Source: Laetmonice hystrix (lineage: Eukaryota). Taken from it: DNA of 64,000 nucleotides. Shown piece after piece: positions 53,465 to 64,000 of this stretch. The translations under genes and the position numbers were made by a program. The stretch's first letter is position 1. Every line of letters starts with the position of its first letter. The notes beneath the pieces are model-generated. The model had not been told where the DNA came from, searched no databases, and saw only the letters and a program-made list of their open reading frames with translations. Location of the stretch: the NCBI GenBank assembly GCA_965235115.1, contig OZ249448.1:18972001-19036000 (forward strand). The letters run 5' to 3'.

Positions 53465-54943
53465 CTGTAAGAAAACATAAAGAGAACATAACGTGATAAC
53501 TAGTGATAAATCATGGTGTCACTTAACTGTCGGTTATGGCGTGAGGTGAGGCACTTGGTGATGCTGTAGGCCAGCACATTGACCACAGTTTAGACCCACA
53601 CACTGGTTTCTAGACACAGCCCATACAGAATATGTCACAGAATTGGCCAGACAGTAAAACCAAGTTTGGCTCTCAGCCCCACAGGCGACAACATTATTTG
53701 GCGCTAGACCTGCAGGTACACAAACTTCCCAAGGTCTCTCTCAAATATTTACAAGGACAGCTAGTATCATGAAGGAGTCCACCAAAATTAATCATTTTAC
53801 AGAAAGCTATATTAATTTGATGTATGGGTTTATGTAAGGGTCACTTCTCCCACACATTAACTGCACACACAGTTGTATATAACTTCTTGGCTTCATTATA
53901 ATCCATACATGCTATTTAACAGGTCCAAAATAAGTATAGTATCCGGATAAGACATATGCGGCCTTGGCCTACATCTAGTGTATTTATATTGTATACAATG
54001 TTAGGGTCGACCACATGTCTAGGTCTAGGTACTCTAGGTCCTAATTTCACGCCAATCTACAACTCGACAAAATTGTCGTCAATGTTTACGTCCCGCACCT
54101 GTTCAGCAAGATGGCTGCGAATGTGATGAGTGAATAAAGTAACAAAAGGTCATTCAAATCTCAACTGTTTCTTGTCTTCCGCTAGCTTTCAGAAATACTG
54201 CTTCATGAAATGGTAGATATAATTGATATCTGATTTAGGTTTCACCGCGTTAAGATATGGTCCACCTGTAAATGTGTAATTTTGAGAGTCAGGAGATATA
54301 ATAAAAAATATTTATCTTCACTCTACGTCCCGTCATAGATGTTCCAGTATACCTTGCGAACCTTACGAAGCATTACTTTTTATTTACAATCATGATCAGG
54401 AGAAACATAAAAGATAGCATATCCTTGGTCATATTTAATAGTCATCTATAAATTTCTCTTTGGTACTTTAGTGTCGTTTTATAAATGATTTATTGGAGGC
54501 CCTGATAAGGACTGGTCCGGAAAATGCCACGTCTAAGATGCCGTCAAACACACCAACATTTCCTGACTGCTGACAGCACATGAAATATGTCGTGTCATTT
54601 TGAAATTCTGCTGTCCATCTTGGCCTTTTCCTGCGCCATTTGCACCAGGAACTCGCTATTTAAGCCCAGCTAAGATGAGAGCGAGACGGTAAACTAGAGG
54701 AAACATTTCTGATTGCTGTGTGGATAGATCCCTCGACAAAGTCAGCGGCTGTCGGCAACTGCCGGAAAATGTTTTGCTTTCGTCGCTGATGTTGTTTAAA
54801 GTGGCGGCTGGTGAGTGTGTGAGGCCACTTGGCCGTCAGTCGGCCGACAGCGACTTCCCGCCTCCCGATTGATGGTAGGAAACCGGCGCCCGACGGCTTA
54901 CAACGATCTACTCTCTCCCCAACTCCCTCTGGTCAGCATGGCG

Positions 54944-56380
54944 AACCCAGCCCGCCCAACGTCACGCTGCATGTCTCCAACCATCCTGAACCCAACGTCA
55001 CACTGCATGTCTCCAACCATCCTGAACCCAACGTCACACTGCATGTCTCCAACCCTTCTGAACCCAGCCCGTCCAACATCACACTGCATGTCTCCAACCA
55101 TCCTGAACCCAACGTCACACTGCATGTCTCCAAACATCCTGACTCCCGCCCAACGTCACGCTGCATGTCTCCAACCATCCTGAACCCAACGTCACACTGC
55201 ATGTCTCCAACCACCCTGAACCCCGCCCGACCAACATCACACTGCATGTTTCCAACCATCCTGAACCCAACGTCACACTGCATGTCTCCAACCATCCTGA
55301 ACCCAACGTCACATTGCATGTCTCCAACCATCCTAAACGCAACGTCACACTGCATGTCTCCAAACATCCCGACTCCCGCCCAACGTCACGCTGCATGTCT
55401 CCAACCATCCTGAACCCAACGCCACACTGCATGTCTCCAACCACCCTGAACCCAGCCCGTCCAACATCACACTGCATGTTTCCAACCATCCTGAACCCAA
55501 CGTCACACTGCATGTCTCCAACCATCCTGAACCCAACGCCACACTGCATGTCTCCAACCATCCTGAACCCAACGTCACACTGCATGTCTCCAAACATCCT
55601 GAACCCCGCCCAACGTCACGCTGCATGTCTCCAACCATCCTGAACCCAACGTCACACTGCATGTCTCCAACCACCCTGAACCCCGCCCGACCAACATCAC
55701 ACTGCATGTTTCCAACCATCCTGAACCCAACGTCACACTGCATGTCTCCAACCATCCTGAACCCAACGTCACACTGCATGTCTCCAACCATCCTAAACCC
55801 AGCCCGCCCAACGTCACACGGCATGTCTCCGACCATCCTGAACCCAGCGTCACACTGCATGTCTCCAACCATCCTGAACCCAACGTCACACTGCATGTCT
55901 CCAACCACCCTGAACCCAGCCCGTCCAACATCACACTGCATGTTTCCAACCATCCTGAACCCAACGTCACACTGCATGTCTCCAACCATCCTGAACCCAA
56001 CGCCACACTGCATGTCTCCAACCATCCTGAACCCAACGTCACACTGCATGTCTCCAAACATCCTGAACCCCGCCCAACGTCACGCTGCATGTCTCCAACC
56101 ATCCTGAACCCAACGTCACACTGCATGTCTCCAACCACCCTGAACCCCGCCCGACCAACATCACACTGCATGTTTCCAACCATCCTGAACCCAACGTCAC
56201 ACTGCATGTCTCCAACCATCCTGAACCCAACGTCACACTGCATGTCTCCAACCATCCTAAACCCAGCCCGCCCAACGTCACACGGCATGTCTCCGACCAT
56301 CCTGAACCCAGCGTCACACTGCATGTCTCCAACCATCCTGAACCCAACGTCACACTGCATGTCTCCAACGATCCTGAACC
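54944..56380. repeat. 36-bp minisatellite with 41- and 45-bp variants in a higher-order (230-bp) arrangement
   Basis: ctgcatgtctccaaccatcctgaacccaacgtcaca; monomer order 41-36-45-36-36-36 repeats from 55124 and 55354; 41-bp units shift the frame and terminate all ORFs. Confidence 0.97.
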
Positions 56381-57719
56381 ACTACTGATTACAGGTATGT
56401 CCGATTATGGAATTGGTGATTTCATCCAAAGTAACCGTGCACTGATACCATAGCGCTGTAGTAATTTGGTAGTATTAAATAGTAGAAGACCTCACCTGAG
56501 AGTTTGATCATTCACCTACATGTTCTTACTTTATATTTGCTATGCTTGCCACTTCCTTGCTCACCCAAATTCTATAATAAAAAATCTGTTCAGTTCCAGG
56601 TGAGTTTTTTCCGCTTTGTGTGCTCGAAGCTGTTTGTCATGTCGACACCACGCAAGGCAAACTATATAAACTCAGGTAGGTTATGAGCACCTGAATTAGA
56701 CGTGCCCTTTATCGTTCACATCCTGACACAATTCAACAATCTAATTCCTTGGAGGGTGAATTACAGCTTGTGTGCCAAGCAGATATGTTTTCTTCATATT
56801 AGATAATAGTCCTTGCCATTAATTCTACCTGTGTCGGTTTCTCTAGGGCTCATTTGACAGTTAGCCTATATGACATCTTGTAGTTGGATAGCCTGGAGTG
56901 TGCAACCTCTCGTTCAGATAGTAGTTGGCTACATGAACTCCGATAAGGCAGGCGATAATTTCCGGAATGTATTTTCATTTACCTCAATGACTTCCTGAAC
57001 GCTATCCATTATGTTAATCTCCTAGAACCTGGAACGCTGCTGTGACTTTTCAATCAAAATCTCATTGTTTGCCTTCAAAATAATAATACTGGGCGCGTTA
57101 GCGTTTACCTACAAAGACTAAATACACCAAAGCTGATAAATGGATCCGTCAGGTCAACACTTGCAAGCAGCTAGGGAAGACGGTCCCCAGGCGTCTACTC
57201 TTCAACGAGTTACATTTCCAGGAACGTTCGTGTTCATTGCCGGGCAGCTCTGTGATTGTTATCTCAAATCACCGAATACAAATCTAGCTAGAATTAGGAA
57301 TCCAAACAAGAGTGCCCATTGAATGTAAGCACCTGACTTTGTTAATTAATCTTTCAATCAATGGTGTCAACGTATCCTTCCGTGTTCCAATAGAAAAACA
57401 GTTCAGAGCTTCAACAGGTACCCTGGAAAGAAATTTTTTTACCCTCAATAAGATTAATCTATATACATGTATGAAGAAAAAATGGGGGAAATTACGAAAA
57501 GAAATCGTGTAAATGAAGCGAGGGGGCTTACTGCGACTGTTTTGAAAATATAAACTCAAGCAGTCCAAATTGAAAAGGACGACTTTGTCAAGCTCTCAGA
57601 AACGTAATTGAGATTTGTCCATAACTAATCAAGAGTTTCTACGAGACCATCAGATTACATGATGTCATTATTGATGACGACCAATTTGTAGACTCCAATC
57701 CTCTCTAGGTAAGCCTCTC

Positions 57720-57960
57720 ACTCGCTGTTAAACTTCTCGCTGACATCTCGCAATTATCAAACCTCGCGTGTGTAGGAAAATCACAAAAACTAGAAAAACA
57801 TAAATCCGCATGCCGCCATCCTGCTAAGCCTGTTATTTATTCGCCAAACTTGTGCATCTAAGCGCCCGACTACCACGTACGCGTGGTCTGGACTATTGGT
57901 TCATCATTCGGTGACAAGAGCACCCATGCTGGTTTTAATGAAGCGCGCATGCCCAGAAAC
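57720..57960 (-). promoter_or_regulatory. Candidate CpG-type promoter / first exon on the minus strand
   Basis: YY1-like GATGGCGGC (57820-57812); NRF1-like GCGCGCATGC (57943-57952); possible donors GAG|gtttga (57763) and CGA|gtgaga (~57722); short hydrophobic ORF MRIYVFLVFVIFLHTRG from 57811. Confidence 0.25.
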
Positions 57961-58514
57961 GGCCTCCAATTGTCGGCACATGTGGCGGATTAACTCCTAA
58001 TTGTCTGCTTGTCAGTTGGAATTTTTCACCATTTCCACTGCGTCTTCCTAATTGAGCACGGTACCTCTTGAAGGCATCGTGCAACAATATTGGACAATGA
58101 TGACGATGGGTTTTGTTGAAGTTAAGCCTTGCCTAATCCTCACCGATTAACGTTGATCTGCTCTGTGTCATATTCTCGCCAACAGATTAAGTCTTGTACT
58201 TAGCGACTACTTGGCCGATAGGAGTGATCCTTGCAATGGTAGAGTATAATGGTTGCGATGTTTGCAAACCGTTTCCAAGACCAACTGGGGCCAGAATTCA
58301 GGGAAGAGACACGAGATTTGGACGATATCAATCAACGTGTCTCCACGATCTACTGATCAGTGAACCTAAAAGACAATATTTGATAGAGACTTCTCTCGTT
58401 TATATTGTCATGCGAAGTTCGTCAGTTGAAAATATAGTAAATATCAAGAGCTGATCGTAACGAACAGTCGGGAGGTTCCCAAAGAGACGGAGTGACTGGT
58501 ATATTTCTGGACAC

Positions 58515-59239
58515 AGAGTGTGAGTGTTAACTGAGTGTGAGTGTTAACTGACCGAGTGTGAGTGTTAACTGACAGAGTCTGAGTGTTTACTGACCGAGTG
58601 TGAGTGTTTACTGACCGAGTGTGAGTGTTTACTGACCGAGTGTGAGTGTTAACTGACCGAGTCTGAGTGTTAACTGACCGAGTCTGAGTGTTAACTGACA
58701 GAGTCTGAGTGTTAACTGACAGAGTCTGAGTGTTAACTTAAACTGACAGTGTGAGTGTTAACTGACCGAGTGTGAGTGTTAACTGACCGAGTGTGAGTGT
58801 TAACTGACAGTGTGAGTGTTAACTGACAGAGTGTGAGTGTTAACTGACCGAGTGTGAGTGTTAACTGACCGAGTGTGAGTGTTAACTGACCGAGTGTGAG
58901 TGTTAACTGACCGAGTGTGACTGTTAACTGACCGAGTGTGAGTGTTAACTGACCGAGTGTGACTGTTAACTGACCGAGTGTGACTGTTAACTGACCGAGT
59001 GTGAGTGTTAACTGACCGAGTGTGACTGTTAACTGACCGAGTGTGAGTGTTAACTGACCGAGTGTGACTGTTAACTGACCGAGTGTGACTGTTAACTGAC
59101 CGAGTGTGAGTGTTAACTGACCGAGTGTGACTGTTAACTGACCGAGTGTGAGTGTTAACTGACCGAGTGTGACTGTTAACTGACCGAGTGTGACTGTTAA
59201 CTGACCGAGTGTGAGTGTTAACTGACAGAGTGAGTGTTA
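58515..59239. repeat. 21-bp minisatellite, ~34 copies
   Basis: gtgtgagtgttaactgaccga; all plus frames closed; the minus ORF (SVN(T/S)HTR)n is repeat-derived. Confidence 0.97.
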
Positions 59240-61487
59240 TGGTTGCCACGCCCTGTGTATGTGGCGGCAGTTAGAAGCAGCAGACTGAACAGCTCTCCTG
59301 CCTTTTGTAAGAAGACCGCCGTGACTGGCGGGGGTGGGGGTAGTGGGTGGGGTGGGGGTGGGGAGAGTGCGGGAGCCAGATCCTGTCACACCAAACTTCA
59401 CCACCGGACTGCCCGCTAAGCCATATCCCGGTGGGTACCAGAACGGTTCCTTCCTCGTCCCCCATTGACGGCACGGACGGAGACCTTCCCCGCACCCTTT
59501 CATATGGAGATCGAGTCTGTGAGACGGGTTCTGTGAGAACTTCCGTGCCGCGGCTCAACACATCATGCAACCCGTCGCGGACAATGCACGGTCGGTGCAG
59601 CGACAAGCAGTGCCACATAAAAGCTGGTGTCGTGACCGAACCGTTTGGAGCGATTTTTGCAAAAATTTCCATGCACGACCTTGGTGGGGGAAATTGCAGT
59701 CATTTAACACCACTTCCTCTGAAGCCGACTCGTGGTTTCATCACATTTTCCTCGATTTATACCACAATGCGTAACAAGTTGTGTTAGTAAACTGATCCAC
59801 AGTCAAGATATTCATCAGACTCGCCCTTCGTGTGCCAGCCTCCCAGCGGATGTTGCTTCCTGTTGTACACGAAGCCTTGCACACACTTTTTTCATTGTAT
59901 CATGAATATTTCTACAGAGGGAATCTCTGCGCTTCCTGTAAAAATTTCAATACCCGATGACGAACATTTAGGTAAATATTTAGACGTATACAGTAGATCT
60001 TAGAGGAGGCTGTGGTCAGACGCTTCAAGTCAATTTGGGAACTACAACACCATCAGTTCCCACAGTTGTGAGAGGTACACATTAAACCTTGATCATTAAT
60101 ACCGGCTGTCCAGATCTGCAGCTGTTAAATTTGAGTGGCCAATATCAACAGGATTGTCAATTCAGGCAGGCAGTCTGTGTGCAAACATGGCACGGAATGT
60201 GTTAAACTTTCAAATTTTGTTGCCTCAGTTGACAGTGAATTTGCGTGATAATTCAGCGGTACTGTAGCAAGCCATTGATCGACCACAACCCCATCAATAC
60301 CACGATGAATTTTGCAACAGGAACAAACAAAGAACAGCATGGCATCATGCAGGCTTTCAAAAAAATCAACATTTCCCGCCCTTAGAGTGGAGTCATAGGT
60401 CTGGGAATACAGCAGCGAGTTGAGCAACAATGAAACTTGACCGTGTTTGACATTACCATTGATTGTATTAACTGTGATGTAACCTTTTTAACGTTAATGT
60501 GTACTTTTTCGGAAGCATACAGTGTCAGGTTGCCCTTCCAGGGCCGAGGGGTGCCCCCCGCCGGAGAAACGGAACCCTCTAACACGTGTCGACTCCCTTG
60601 GTTGTAAACTTGATCCCTCGCCTGAATCCACTGATCGCTTTCTTGCTTCATGTACTCCGGGAGTTTGTCACGCCGCCCGCCGACCACCGTCCTCGACCAT
60701 ACCACACTCAGCCGTGTGTTTGACTCATTTATCAATATCTTTCTATCAACCTTCTCTTGAATAATACTTCAAACTTCTCGAGGCTATGACAACCAACCTT
60801 TCACAAAACTAACATCACAACCACAAACTACTCATTTTTTAAACATTCAAGTTGTTCATCAACGCAGCATGCTGTACCTGAGTGTTACATTAGAAATCAT
60901 CTCACCTAGAATTGATATTTTTTCAATCAGTTTTTATAAGTTTTCATGTTTTTTGTTCTGTTCGCTTCTACACGAGCGAGACCCCATGATACTTGATCAC
61001 CAGTCTCACTTTCTCATCTCAAGGTTTTTTACAATTGTGCCTTGGTGTATTCATTTACACACATCTAATAAACTATTCAAACTTTAACAGGGGGTTTTAG
61101 TCCCATGTACAAAGTTCTTCGTACTGAAGCCCTTCTTTTCAAAGTGAGGAGATACTACAACTGTTGTTTTTCACACAATTCATCCCAAATTCTCTAATTT
61201 GTGTGCAGGCGTGGGTAAGTTAGATATCCATGTTTGCGGTATTATATGAGGACATTATATGTTATGACAATCGGAGATACCTGCTGCACTCAGAGCAGTT
61301 AATAACATCAGATCTTATCATACATAAATATACGGAATAAAAGACAGATCTATCTTGATTGACGGATGTTTGACGTTCCTCTCAACTTATTATTTCCTTT
61401 CTCGGTCATGGAGTTCACATGAGTACAAATAGATGTCACTTCTGCTTCTCATTGTGGACACTGTATAAAAAGTTGAAATTATATTAC

Positions 61488-63645
61488 CATAGGTTCGCCC
61501 AAACCATGCTCATTACAAGGCTTTACGACCGTTGTAACAAATGGTAACTCGGAAACTGAGAGGCCGATATTCATGAAGTCGGCTGCCACCACTTGCTGCA
61601 GGCCAGCGGACCGGTGCACCAGTTGCTGGAGGCCAGCGGACTGATGCTCCAGTTGCTGGAGGCCAGCGGACTGATGCTCCGGTTGCTGGAGACCAGCGGA
61701 CTGATGCACCAGTTGTTGGAGGCCAGCGGACCGCTTCTCCAGTTGTTGGAGGCCAGCGGACTGATGCTCCAGTTGTTGGAGGCCAGCGGACTGATGCTCC
61801 AGTTGTTGGAGGCCAGCGGACTGATGCACCATTTGCTGGAGGCCAGCGGACCGGTGCTCCAGTTGTTGGAGGCCAGCGGACTGATGCTCCATTTGCTGGA
61901 GGCCAGCGGACCGGTGCTCCAGTTGTTGGAGGCCAGCGGACCGGTGCTCCAGTTGTTGGAGGCCAGCGGACTGGTGCTCCAGTTGTTGGAGGCCAGCCGA
62001 CCGGTGCTCCAGTTGCTGGAGGCCAGCGGACCGGTGCTCCAGTTGTTGGAGGCCAGCGGACCGGTGCACCAGTTGCTGGAGGCCAGCGGACTGATGCTCC
62101 AGTTGCTGGAGGCCAGCGGACTGATGCTCCAGTTGCTGGAGACCAGCGGACTGATGCACCAGTTGTTGGAGGCCAGCGGACCGCTTCTCCAGTTGTTGGA
62201 GGCCAGCGGACTGATGCTCCAGTTGTTGGAGGCCAGCGGACTGATGCTCCAGTTGTTGGAGTCCAGCAGACCGGTGCTCCAGTTGTTGGAGTCCAGCAGA
62301 CCGGTGCTCCAGTTGTTGGAGTCCAGCAGACCGGTGCTCCAGTTGCTGGAGACCAGCGGACTGATGCTCCAGTTGCTGCAGGCCAGCGGACCGGTGCTTC
62401 AGTTGCTGGAGGCCAGCGGACTGGTGCTCCAGTTGTTGGAGTCCAGCAGACCGGTGCTCCAGTTGTTGGAAGCCAGCAGACCGGTGCTCCAGTTGTTGGA
62501 GGCCAGCGGACCGGTGCTCCAGTTGCTGGAGGCCAGCGGACCGGTGCACCAGTTGTTGGAGTCCAGCAGACCGGTGCTCCAGTTGTTGGAAGCCAGCAGA
62601 CCGGTGCTCCAGTTGTTGGAGGCCAGCGGACCGGTGCTCCAGTTGCTGGAGGCCAGCGGACCGGTGCACCAGTTGTTGGAGGCCAGCGGACCGGTGCTCC
62701 AGTTGCTGGAGGCCAGCAGACCGGTGCTCCAGTTGCTGCAGGCCAGCGGACTGATGCTCCAGTTGTTGGAGTCCAGCAGACCGGTGCTCCAGTTGTTGGA
62801 AGCCAGCTGACCGGTGCTCCAGTTGTTGGAGGCCAGCGGACCGGTGCTCCAGTTGCTGGAGGCCAGCGGACCGGTGCACCAATTGCTGCAGGCCAGCGGA
62901 CTGATGCTCCACTTGCTGGAGACCAGCGGACTGATGCACCAGTTGTTGGAGGCCAGCGGACCGGTGCTCCAGTTGCTGGAGTCCAGCGGACCGGTGCTCC
63001 AGTTGTTGGAAGCCAGCTGACCGGTGCTCCAGTTGTTGGAGGCCAGCGGACCGGTGCTCCATGCAGTTGCTGGAGGCCAGCGGACCGGTGCTCCAGTTGT
63101 TGGAGGCCAGCGGACCGGTGCTCCAGTTGCTGGAGTCCAGCAGACCGGTGCTCCAGTTGCTGGAGGCCAGCGGACCGGTGCTCCAGTTGTTGGAGGCCAG
63201 CGGACCGGTGCTCCAGTTGCTGGAGTCCAGCAGACCGGTGCTCCAGTTGCTGGAGACCAGCGGACCGGTGCTCCAGTTGCTGCAGGCCAGCTGACCGGTG
63301 CTCCAGTTGTTGGACGCCAGCAGACCGGTGCTCCAGTTGCTGGAGGCCAGCGGACCGGTGCTCCAGTCGTTGGAGGCCAGGAGACCGGTGCTCCATGCAG
63401 TTGCTGGAGGCCAGCGGACCGGTGCACCAGTTGCTGCAGGCCAGCAGACCGGTGCTCCAGGCCAGAGAGAGCACGTCGGTGCTGAACTTGGTGTGGAGCG
63501 TAGAACAGGGCGTGCAATGGGAATGCCTTTAAGATGACAGATGATGACATGACCTTACAATGTCTCCAACATACAAGTTGGGCAATCCGTGTAACGCTCT
63601 CAGCATCGTCACTGATATCATCGAGTGGTTGAATCAGTCTCCGAA
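61488..63645 (-). CDS. Candidate large exon encoding a Gln/Leu/His-rich decapeptide-repeat protein, ...RRLIQPLDDISDDAESVTRIAQLVCWRHCKVMSSSVILKAFPLHALFYAPHQVQHRRALSG(LEHRSAGLQQ)n VVAADFMNIGLSVSELPFVTTVVKPCNEHGLGEPM; frameshifted as assembled
   Basis: Frame open from 63667; acceptor candidate gacttag at 63647-63646; donor ATG|gtaata at 61488 or stop at 61479; unit variants are mostly synonymous in this frame; removing the two 4-nt insertions gives one 727-codon ORF. Confidence 0.55.
61589..63465. repeat. 30-bp GC-rich minisatellite, ~62 copies, with two 4-nt insertions (63061-63064 and 63395-63398)
   Basis: ccagttg(t/c)tggaggccagcggaccggtgct at 30-bp spacing; atgc insertions 334 bp apart. Confidence 0.97.
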
Positions 63646-64000
63646 CTAAGTCATTAGGGGCAATATGTCAGCCGTACAGCACGATAAACAAAAATACTCG
63701 CTAAACCTACTCGCAAACGTGGAAGATTTCTCCAGAACGCTGCCTGTCAAGTAACGGTAACGAGCGATTATTCAATCCATGTACAGCTTGCAGACGCCCA
63801 CCAGTACTGAATCGTCTGAGGGCATTGACGACCCATCACCCACAGGACGACGTCTGAATCATGTATCAACAGTTATGACGAATGACACTTTGTCCTTGCA
63901 TGACCTTACAGAACATTCCGTTCTCACGTTTGGCGACTTTAAGCACAGAACATCGAAACATTTTAATGGTAAATAACATCTCTGCATAGCTGTGAAAATG

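Noticed and set aside
54095-54140. caagATGGCTGCG as a gene start
   Set aside because: The ORF closes after 8 codons with no convincing donor; at most a YY1-like motif.
54815-56388. Long ORFs (MSPTILNPTSHC, MQCDVGFRMVGD and similar) as genes
   Set aside because: Products of a 36-bp repeat; variants show no consistent synonymous frame, and the 41-bp units cause stops.
58800-59249. (SVN(T/S)HTR)n 149-aa ORF
   Set aside because: 21-bp repeat artefact; the main variant is non-synonymous and there are no protein-like flanks.
63618-63645. LIQPLD resembles the pogo/Tigger DDE_1 motif (T..LQPLD)
   Set aside because: Surrounding residues (LPPNTT before, GI after) and the rest of the DDE domain are missing.

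Overview
Animal genomic DNA: gene-poor, intron-like, with no operons, rRNA, tRNA or CRISPR that I can recognise. The long unrelated minisatellites, poly-G/C runs and frequent TACATGTA suggest a marine invertebrate such as a mollusc (inference only). About 10 kb (~16%) is made of 13 mutually unrelated tandem arrays (units 20-87 bp), concentrated in 39.8-63.5 kb. Most long ORFs in the track are by-products of these arrays. The exception is the 30-bp array at 61.6-63.5 kb: its variation is mostly synonymous in one minus-strand frame (LEHRSAGLQQ), it has protein-like unique flanks and exon-like ends, and it is broken by a duplicated 4-nt insertion. A non-autonomous Tc1/mariner element with ~200-bp TIRs and a decayed transposase C-terminus lies at 52.3-53.2 kb. 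Phase-compatible Ser-rich minus-strand exons (19283-19493, 3628-3806, 1466 downward) suggest the 3' end of a long gene I cannot name. All exon and motif calls were made by eye and need RNA-seq or homology confirmation.
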